This document shows positions 54,009 to 64,000 of a stretch of DNA of 64,000 nucleotides, piece by piece. Positions within the stretch are counted from its first letter, which is position 1. The number at the start of each line of letters is the position of its first letter. The translations under genes and the position numbers were made by a program. Under the pieces are notes generated by a model, which saw only the letters and a list, made by a program, of their open reading frames with translations, searched no databases and was not told where the DNA came from. The DNA is from Octopus vulgaris (Eukaryota): positions 45,136,001 through 45,200,000 of the forward strand of contig OX597826.1 of assembly GCA_951406725.2 (NCBI GenBank), read 5' to 3'.

Positions 54009-54344
54009 GTGAAGGCGCATGGCTCAGTGGTTAGAGCGTCGAACTTACGATCGTTAGGTTGTGAGTTCGAATCCCGGACCGGGCTGCGTGTTGTGTTCTT
54101 GAGCAAGACACTTTATTCCACGTTGCTCCAGTTCACTCAGCTGTAGAAATGAATTGCGACGTCACTGGTGCCAAGCTGTATCGGCCTTTGCCTTTCCCTT
54201 GGATAACACTTGTGGCGTGGAGAGGGTAAGCCGGTATGCATGGGCGACTGCTGGTCTTCCATAAACAACCTTGCCCGGACTTGTGCCTGGGAGGGTAACT
54301 TTCTAGGTGCAATCCCATAGACAGTCGTGACCGAAGGGGGTCTC
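54009..54344 (+). mobile_element. family B SINE, full length
   Basis: A box TGGCTCAGTGG, B box GTTCGAATCCC, Meta-like TTGTGTTCTTGAGCAAGACACTTTA..CACTCAGCTGTAGAAATG. Confidence 0.95.
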
Positions 54345-54356
54345 CGATATATATAT

Positions 54357-54574
54357 CGGCAGATACGTTAACACGCCGGGCGAAATGATCAGCGGTATTT
54401 CGTCTGTCGTTACGTTCTGAGTTCAAATTCCGCCGAAGTCGACTTTGCCTTTCATCCTTTCGGGGTCGATAAATAAAGTACCAGTTTCGCACTGGGGTCA
54501 ATGTAATCGACTTAATCCGTTTGTCTGTCCTTGTTTGTCCCCTCTATGTTTAAACCCTCGTGGGTAGTAAAGAA

Positions 54575-54577
<3 letters not shown>
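54357..54577 (+). mobile_element. family D SINE
   Basis: GAGTTCAAATTCCGCCGAAGTCGACTTTGCCTTTCATCCTTTCGGGGTCGATAAA. Confidence 0.93.
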
Positions 54578-54624
<47 letters not shown>

Positions 54625-54979
54625 CATATATTTATGCATTTATGTGTGTCTGTGTGTGTAGTCATGTATGTAACTATGTATGTATGCATGTTGTCTTCTC
54701 TTACTCTTTTAATCGCTTCAGTGAATAGAGTGCGGCTATGTTCGAGTAACATGTTAGAGAGTTAGTCAAACAAATCGAACAGCCCTTGTTTATACGTTGG
54801 TACTTATTCTATTGTTTATATTGCCGAACCATTTTGCTCCGTAAATGGAGACATAAGCAAACTAACACCGGTTATCAAGCGGTGGTGGAACAAACATAAA
54901 CGTATTCGGGTATACATTCTCCCGCACACGCATATACAACGTACTTCCATGCATATATGAAGAGAGGGATATGCGGAAG

Positions 54980-55145
<166 letters not shown>

Positions 55146-55211
55146 AGAGAGAGAGAGAGAAATTAGAGAATTGCAAGCAGCTTTCATGTGCAGGTTATGA
55201 CAATCGAAAAC

Positions 55212-55300
55212 TCGGCATACCGGGCGTCGGGATGCTTCAGGGATCATCAGGAGAGAACGAACAACGTTTCAGGATCTTAGTCCCGAAAGATCTGCAGTAC
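55212..55300 (-). ncRNA. two tandem degenerate hammerhead-like motifs
   Basis: Minus strand: CUGCAGA-UCUU..AAGAUCCU-GAAA-CGUU, then CUGAUGA..CAUCCC-GACG-CCCGG-UA. Both cores are mutated. Confidence 0.4.
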
Positions 55301-56458
55301 ACCAGTCCTACTCATTAATGTGAGACACCCACCTGCTGAATCGACTGTCAAGAGTTTGATCTTAATTATGATAATAGAAATTGCAAACAAGAATTGAACT
55401 TCTGGTTGTTAATCGGTCCATAACATGCAAATGAAAATGCAATCCACAATCGCCTTTACAACTTGCCCGTTGACATCTTAAATTGTTAAGATTGTGAAAA
55501 TTATTCTATCTTTGACAATGAATCAACCAGGCAGAAGAATAAATGTGTTTAACAAATAAAATAAACCACAAAAACGGTATATCTACTTATATATATTTCA
55601 GTAACTTTGAGAATCAATGCCAACTTTAGAGATAGGTTAAACTATTATTAATCTAAAGAAAATGATCGGAAAATTGTCTCGACTTAGACAGATATAAACA
55701 CCAGTTTGCTGCTATTTAACTAGAAACTTTTACTGCATTATTAACTCTGGAAAGTTATCATTAAACATTGACTTTAAAATTAACGGTGTATTACTTTACT
55801 ACAACCCCATGTTGAAGAGAACAATTTTTATTCAAGTTTGAAGTAGCCACAATTTCAGGAAAATAAATTATTTTTCTCTTTTATATCTTAGCAAAAGAAT
55901 TATCTACATTAATCTCTCCATTAAAATTTTTATTGAAAACATGTATTTTCTATTCTTTATATTCTTTTTCTTTTTGTCTTTTTGAAGTATAGTACTAAGG
56001 TACGGTTTTCATACAAGTTTTAAAGAAATGTTATCAAAAGCATTGATACTTTATAATATCAAACTAAAACAGACGCGTTCTCTTTCTCTTCTCGGTTATA
56101 TTTCATAAGCTGTATGTCCATCTCAACCTCATAGCTTTAACCTTATGCAGATTTAACCATGAGCTTTTCATATTCGATCAGAAGCATGTTATATAAGAAT
56201 GCTTCTATGAGAATATACACAGGCACACACTCATACACACATATGCACGTACATGAATATATATGCATGCACATGTGAGTATGTATGTATATGCACGAAT
56301 ATTATGTGTGTGTGTGTATACATATATATACTTCACACTTATGCACATACAGAGAGACATACATATAAGGAATATATGTGTGTGTACATATCTATATGTT
56401 TATACTGTATATATGTGTGTATATATATATGCATATATATATATGCATATGTGTGTGC

Positions 56459-56527
<69 letters not shown>

Positions 56528-58475
56528 AAATACTCATACACACATATCATATAGAAAGACACGTATATATATATATATATATATATATAAGACATATATA
56601 TATATATATATATATATATTATGCTTAAACATGTACATGTATATGCACACACGTACACACAAACACATATATATTATATTTTTCAGCATAGGATCACACA
56701 TATATATGTTTTTGTGTGTGTGAGCATGCGTACATGTATGTGTGTGTGTGAATAAGTGCGTGGGCATATATTCATCCGGCTATACGCCAGTTTTTCTGGG
56801 TTTTTTTTCTTTTTTGTTTCCTATAGTCTTTAGCCTTCGTACATGTATGTGTATATTCATGTAAGCATGTTCTCGAGATGAAATAGAATTTATATATTCT
56901 CCATATCCGAAGTCAATTTTTTTTTTCTGTACACTTGTAAAAAAAAAATCAGAAATGAAAACGAAATTATTGCTCTTTTGATGTTACATAGTCTCCTCGT
57001 AGCAATAGAAGCTAAATAATTTATCTCTAGGGATATATGTATTTGTGTTGCTGTTTTTTGTTTTTTTTTTAGCTTACACAACAATTGATCCTTCTTTCAT
57101 CGGGTTAACGCCAAGCGAACGATGCCAAAGGCCGATCCAAACAGTTCACATGAACCAATGAAACACGCAGTTTTGCTGCATCACTGATCATCCCTTGGGC
57201 GATTATAATAAAAACAAAATGTTTAAACTCACATCTTCCAACGGTCAAAGCAAACATCTCTCTCTCTCTCTTCTCTCTTTGTCTCTCTTCTCTCACGCTT
57301 TCAATTTCTCACTCTTTCTCAGTCTCTCGCTCTCTTTCTCTCACTCACTCTTACACTTATCTACTCATCCACTCACTCCGTCGCTCATTTTCTGTCCCTC
57401 TTTTTCTCCCTCTCTCTTCGTGACAATTGCGATCCTGATTATGGGAAAAGTGTAAGGGTTAGAGTATTTCACACTTCAAATAATATTTACTGCTATTTTA
57501 TTTGTTTATTTCTTTCGTTTTTATTTTATTTATCTTACTTTTTAAAGGAGTTCAGTCAATAATAAAAGACAAATGTAAAAAAGATTATGTATATAGAAGA
57601 ATTCTAGTTAAACAGAAAAGCGAAAGCAAGCTGAATGGCTTGAGTTTATTTGTCTATTTATTCCTTCATGTTTACCCCCAGAAGATTTGAAGCTGTTGCA
57701 AAAACTTAGTAAAGAATTTAGCTTGATTATATCTGCAGAGCAATACGTTCTTTATTTCTATGGGAAGTGTATGAATTACTCCAGTTCCTATCATTGCTAA
57801 ATTTCACACAGTCTATAATTATCGCTGTTCTGCTCTATATCGTGTTTGTATTTTCATATTCCACAGTTTCTATTCAACTACGAAATAAAAAAAAAAAGAC
57901 TTCAGGACGCTCCCAGTTGGCTACTTCCGTTGAAGTGTCTCGTAATTAATTTTGGAGTTTATTAGGTTCAGTGCATATTATGAATTCACTTATTCCTTTA
58001 AGAATACACTTTTTTTCTTTTCAGTAAACATTCAAATATTTCTTTTTGCCATTTAACAAGCGACATTTTGATATATTGCCAAGCAATTTGTATAACTTGT
58101 TAACGTACATAGAAACACTACTGGGATTCTTTCATCGTTCAAACGATGAGGCGCTTCATTTGAGCATCCTCCACACGCTATTGTCTTCATGGGTATATCT
58201 AATGGATATGTTTAGCATTATTTGGTTACTTACAGCAACAAAATTTGTCGACTTGATATCTAGTGTCTCATTAAGTATTCCACAATTACTCTATAGTTTT
58301 CAGCATTTTTTTTAATTGGAATATTTTCAAAAGTGTTAATCTATAAAAACACGCTCGTCTTAAATTTCCAAGAAATTTAAGTCTGCTTTGTACTAATAAA
58401 TTGCCACTAATACGTCTTCATCGTAAATTGGTTGGTAAGTTGAAATTCATTCTCTAAAAGTTTTCCTTTCATATA

Positions 58476-58529
<54 letters not shown>

Positions 58530-59158
58530 CATATATTGTCTTCATTTTTTTTACTTTTCAGTTTATCCATTATCGATATACAACTTTCATACGGAAGAAT
58601 AAATATTGGCAGACTATTTCCTAAAGATAAGAGGTAGTTTTTCAATTTAAAACTTAAGTTTCTTTTATGCTTATTTCTTAATGTTACTGTTTTTATTTAA
58701 GTTTCTCATGAAATTGCTTACTAATGCGAATTGAGGAATTTTAACTTTTACACTTTTCAAAGAACTCATCAAAGTTAAAGTATAAATATGAAAAACAATT
58801 TTTAAAATATTTTTCACTTGTGCTTTCGGGAAAATATTTTGCGTCGCTAAAAGACGCCAGAAAATAAATAAATAAATAAATAAATAAATAAGATCTTCTT
58901 GTCGCAAACACATGTTTATCAGTGACTGAGGTATGGATATGCATTTAAGCATGTGTATTTAATACAGAAAAAACGATTGCGTGAGATATACAATAAATGC
59001 ATGTATAATTGGTTATTATACACAAACGGTTATATAAACTGGAACTCCGTCGGTTATGACTACGAGGATTCCTGTTAATCTGATCATATATATATATATG
59101 GAGCCTTTCTCCTCAGACTGGTGGAATATCCAAGTGAACGAGAGGTACACGCTATATA

Positions 59159-60258
59159 CAGGGGTTGGACAAAATAATGGAAACACCTAGCATCATAATT
59201 TTGAAATATCTATAAAACCGTCAAAAGCTTGGTTATTTTTATGTTTTCATTTATTATTAGATTAGCTTAATATGCTTTGCTAAAATTGTTCGTTATTTTC
59301 AGATTTCATCAGAAAAAGGTAATTAAAATTCATTAAAATGACAGATCTATCGGAATTTCAAAGAGGTCAAATTGTTAGTGCTCGTATGGCAGGCGCTAGC
59401 GTAAGGAAAACAGCCGAAATGTCTGGTGCTTCAAGAAGTACTGTCTCAAAAATAATGACAGCTTTTGAGAAAGGGTAAAACCTCTTCGTCGAAACAAAAC
59501 TCCGGAAGAACACCAAAACTTTCAGATAGGGACCGTCGGACTCTTACGCGAATTGTTAAAAAGGATCACAAAATACAGCTCCCAAAATTATTGCAGAGCT
59601 TAATGACCACCTCGAGAACCTACTTTCCACAAAAACTGTTCGCCAGGAGCTGCACAAAGCTGGATTTCACGGAAGGACTACAATTAGAAAACCACTACTT
59701 TCAAAAATAAACGTTGAAAAGCGTTTAGAGTGAAGTAAAAACCTACAGCATTGGTCCATAGAGCAGTGGACGAATGTTATTTTCTCGGACAAGTCATCCT
59801 TTACTTTATTTCCAGCCATCGGAGACAGCGAAAAGAAACATTTGACCCAGACTGCCTTCTTCCAACTGTTAAACATGGAGGAGGATCTGTGATGATCGGC
59901 GGGGGGGAGGGGGCTATCTTGGAAATCCGCCGGCCCAATGGTTTCCCTTCATGGCAGAATTAATATTCAAGACTATTTAAGCATTTTCTCTGATCAAATT
60001 CACCCTATGGTTGCGGAACTTCTTCCGGAGAGAAATGCCGTCTTTCAGGAGATTAATACACCAACTCACACAGCTAGAGTTGTTACTGAATGACACGAGG
60101 AACATTCTAGTGAATTTGAACATCTTATCTGGCCAACACAGGCGCCAGATCTCGATATTATCGAACATTTATGGTGCATTTTAGAAAAACAAATAAGGAG
60201 TCGATATCCCCCATCATTATCACTACAAAACGTGGAGAATAGAGAAAAATTCCTTTAG
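59159..60258 (+). mobile_element. Tc1-family DNA transposon, 3'-truncated
   Basis: TA|CAGGGGTTGGACAAAATAATGGAAACACCT left TIR followed by a transposase pseudogene. No right TIR seen. Confidence 0.92.
59338..60258 (+). pseudogene. Tc1 (DD34E) transposase pseudogene
   Basis: MTDLSEFQRGQIVSAR..SGRTPKLSDRDRR..RKPLLS..WTNVIFSDKS..TVKHGGGSVMI..VFQ..WPTQAPDLDIIEHLW, with several frameshifts and stops. Confidence 0.93.
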
Positions 60259-60310
60259 ACATATAGACGTGTGTATGAACTTTTTTTGTGCGCGTGTGTG
60301 TGCGTATATA

Positions 60311-60574
60311 TATTTCTTTACTGCCCACAAGGGGGTAAACATAGAGGGGACAAACAAAGACAGACAAAGGGATTGAGTTGATTACATCAACCCCAGTGCG
60401 TAACTGGTACTTAATTTATCGACCCCGAAAGGATGAAAGGCAAAGTCGACCTCGGCGAAATTTGAACTCAGAACGTAACGACAGACGAAATACCGCTAAG
60501 CATTTCGCCCAGCGCGCTAACGCTTCTGCCAGCTCACCGCTCTGCCAGCTCGCCGCCTCTGCCAGCTCGCCGCC
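60311..60574 (-). mobile_element. family D SINE with triplicated 5' end
   Basis: Full family D body. TCTGCCAGCTC(A/G)CCG is repeated three times at 60525-60574. Confidence 0.93.
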
Positions 60575-61087
60575 TATACGCTCGTGTGTGCGTATATAGA
60601 CGTGTGCGGGTATGCGCGTATATAGGCGGGTGTGTATGTGCGCGCATACGGGTATGTGCGTATATAGACTGTGTATGAACTTTTTTGGTGTGCATGTGTG
60701 TGGGAGGGATTGTAGATATATATGACGAATGGTGCGGGTGAGAATGTGCATGTTTCAAGTGAGGGTGGATGAGAGTATACTTTTAGGCGCATGTACGTAG
60801 GTGTGCGGGCACGCATGTGTAGGTACGGACATGCACGCATACGTGAATACTATGAACTTTTCTACCCCCTTACTTTTACTCCCTCCCCTCACTTTGCGGT
60901 CATTCAAATAGCTCTTTTGTTTTAATAACGGTCAATCGCACAGTACTCTCCCTCTGTTTAACGGTCATTTTCATAGCATTTTTTCCGATGGCCGGATAAA
61001 TGAAGAGATGGTGGCGTGGATTTCCACCCCGGCATCCGAAACTCGGAATTTTATCACGGCTACCGAATAATAGTTACATATTACATT

Positions 61088-61130
<43 letters not shown>

Positions 61131-61137
<7 letters not shown>

Positions 61138-61204
61138 AATAAGTAAAATATATGCATATATACATACATATATGTACGTACCTACATCTACATGTATATA
61201 TACA

Positions 61205-61262
<58 letters not shown>

Positions 61263-61588
61263 TACAGGACACCACAAATAAACGTAGAACACAACGAGAA
61301 ACGAAAACATAAAAGCAACTAGGAAACGGACTTTTTTTAACAACGAAAAAACAGAGTACAAGACAAGCAATACAAGGAATATTCCCCTTCATCAGCTGTC
61401 CCTGGATCGACTCAATGCACCTTCGAAACACGCATTGAGTCGATCCAGGGAAGCTGATGAAGGGGAATATTCCTTGTGTTGTTTGTCTTGTACTCTGTTT
61501 TTTCGTTGTTAAAAAATGTCCGTTTCCTAGTTTGTTATTATGTTTTCGTTTCTCGTTGTGTTCTACATTTATTTGTGGTGTCCTGTAT

Positions 61589-61671
<83 letters not shown>

Positions 61672-61745
61672 TGTATATATACATGTAGGTGTAGGTACGT
61701 ACATATATGTATGTATGTATGCATATATTTTATTTATTAAATTAT
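61131..61745. repeat. fold-back palindrome, arms about 290-310 bp, 13-nt loop, arms include microsatellite flank
   Basis: ..TTCATCAGCTGTCCCTGGATCGACTCAATGC-accttcgaaacac-GCATTGAGTCGATCCAGGGAAGCTGATGAA.. Outer ends ATAATTTAATAAGTAAAATATATGCATA / TATGCATATATTTTATTTATTAAATTAT. Confidence 0.96.
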
Positions 61746-61824
61746 TGTATGACTGAGCGCCATCGCGTCGTTTCGTTTCGTTTCTTTCCTTTCTTTTCTC
61801 CAAGTAAGTTTATATATATATATT

Positions 61825-61856
<32 letters not shown>

Positions 61857-62149
61857 TGTATGTATGAATATACGTGTAATGTAGTCGAATATCAAAGTAA
61901 AAATGGTTTTGATAATCCAGAAGAAATACTTCATATGTTCTCTGCATATGAAGATCACTAGTTTAACAGATATGTTTTGTGAAATATTTAGTAATCGGGC
62001 TATTCCGAATTCCTCAAGCTGTCACCAGTCAAATTTGTTAAACCGCGGTATGGTTGTCAAGGGAAGTTGTTATATAGGTACGAAATGATATAGAAAATAC
62101 ACTTAGATAATGGATTTTAGACATTCCCTTTTATTAAAGCTTAAATATA

Positions 62150-62500
62150 TTTCCGATATATCTTGGAGTGGTCTATTTCCATAATCGAGTGAAGTCCGAT
62201 ACCGTCATCTTCCCCATAGCCACAACACACTGACTGCCAGAAGAAAAGAATTTGACCAAATTTGTACTGTCATCTATTTTAAGCAGCTATTTGACCAGTG
62301 ATAGACAAGCTACAGGGAAGGGAAACAGCGATAGCAGTGCGTAGCAGAGAATTGTGAGGCCGACCATGAAAAGAATTGAAATCTAATACCTTCCTAAATT
62401 GTTGAGGTTTGAAGCTGACAACAGGGAAAGTTTCATTGAGAATTACTACTAAGTTTCGAAACATCAGAAGTGGAGAAGTATCTATATGTTATAACGCAAA
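62150..62500 (-). pseudogene. decayed Penelope-like RT fragment
   Basis: RYFSTSDVSKL (resembles LFTMDVKSL) and WQ..VAMGKM (resembles YQQxxGVAMG), in the correct order. Confidence 0.5.
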
Positions 62501-63155
62501 AACATAGAATAGAAACTTGTTGAGTTATTTAAACCGGAAGAACAATTCACTATCCACTATATATGAAGATAATCGGCTTCCAATAAACAATACAGATATA
62601 CAGAATTCATAGAGAAACCATAATATAATACAAGATAGTAACAGAAGGAAAACTGAAAATAGGGCGAGATTAATACATTAAGTAAAGAATAGTTTGAAAA
62701 TTTAAAAGAATTTATAGTGATGAAATTGTAAGTATAATTAGAAATCAATATTCGAACTAATTAAATATGCTGTTAACACTAAAGTATTCTTTGATACCTG
62801 CTGCAAATGCTGCTTCTATACCCAGTTGCTTGTATATTACTGGTTAGATACTTACTTAAAATAGAATACCTATCATTTTCAAATAATATTATTTTGGTAA
62901 AATTTTAATTCTTTTTTGTCGCAGTCAATTTATTGTCGCTCAGTGTGAGACTGTTCAGTGTTTTTTTTCTGTCGATCGAACATGAATGAATTAATTAATC
63001 AATACGATTGAACTATCGAATCTGACTGTCTAACATGTATCAGAAATATATGTGAGCCTTAATGAAAATAAATATATAAAATCCATGGGTATATTTTACA
63101 TATACGTATGTGTTTATATCTATCTATCTATCTATCTATCTCTCCATATATACAC

Positions 63156-63227
<72 letters not shown>

Positions 63228-63320
63228 TATATTAATATATATATAATATTAATAGCGTTCAGTTAATCACTATACGAATCCATCATTTTTTGCTGAATTG
63301 TCTTATTGACCAGTTTCGTT

Positions 63321-63414
63321 TTTTCACTTTCCTGAAGAGAAGATTGCGGTGTATACAATTTATTCTTCTGAATAGTATCAGTGGAATTTTCGAAACATGT
63401 GACGAAAGTAAAAA
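63321..63414 (+). ncRNA. type I hammerhead-like motif with long stems, in a ~210-bp cassette between (TA)n tracts
   Basis: UUUUCACUUUC-CUGAAGA-GAAGAUU...AAUUUUC-GAAA-CAUGUG-AC-GAAAGUAAAAA. U16.1 appears mutated to A. Confidence 0.7.
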
Positions 63415-63458
63415 TATTTGATTTATCCCTGCGTTAAACGCCATTTATTTATTCATGT

Positions 63459-63516
<58 letters not shown>

Positions 63517-64000
63517 TATGGATCTAGATTTTTCATTCGCAAAATATGCATTTTGGAAAAGACATTAAAAAATCAGAAAATCGGCTATAATAATAAAGTG
63601 CTCCAGTCTAATTGCTATTAAGATATGATGTTGTGGAGAAAAAAATTGGAGGAAAAAGTTACAGAGGTTTAAAAATCGAAAAATTGTGTATTTTTAGCCA
63701 ATAGCGGGACAGAAATTTTCTGCGTTGAACAGAGCGGATTCAACTTTCATGTTGTACCCTGTGAAATTTATAGTTTAGCGTCTGTGAAATGACCACTTTA
63801 TTGTAGGTTTCTAAATAAGCTGAAATACCTTATTTCATTTAGGTTTCTAAATAAACAGAAATAACTAATCACATCAGCATGTATCATCTTACTGTTTCTT
63901 TTGTCTCTTCATTGATTGTATGTTTTTATTATTTGTTTAAAATTTGTTATTATAATATATTTGTCTGCCTTCATGCGTTTCGGTTCAAGTACTTAAATCC

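Noticed and set aside
57960-58320. Possible GIY-YIG remnant on the minus strand (TIACGGC)
   Set aside because: Too degenerate to support by eye. It needs a profile search.

Overview
AT-rich, repeat-saturated, essentially non-coding animal genomic DNA. The tRNA-headed SINE families and the extreme (TA)n/(CA)n/(GATA)n/(TATG)n load resemble a coleoid cephalopod, probably Octopus (inference, not verified). No intact host gene is visible, and almost all listed ORFs are microsatellite translations. The window holds about 30 SINE copies from at least four families (labelled A-D here), many Penelope-like (PLE) RT and GIY-YIG remnants including one 222-aa open RT fragment, Tc1, DD37D/maT and mariner remnants, two MITEs, two short non-autonomous Helitrons and the 5' part of an autonomous Helitron. 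Two signals stand out. (1) About ten hammerhead-ribozyme-like motifs with self-complementary stem III, some in short non-coding cassettes sitting inside (TA)n tracts, together with at least six fold-back palindromes; one palindrome has a hammerhead in each arm and two turn at or next to a hammerhead half-core. (2) Strand-biased (+) polypyrimidine-CAG|GTAAG motifs that look like recursive-splicing ratchet points, plus one candidate 35-nt exon, suggesting the window lies in a giant + strand intron. Everything was read by eye, so boundaries of decayed elements are approximate (about 20-50 bp).
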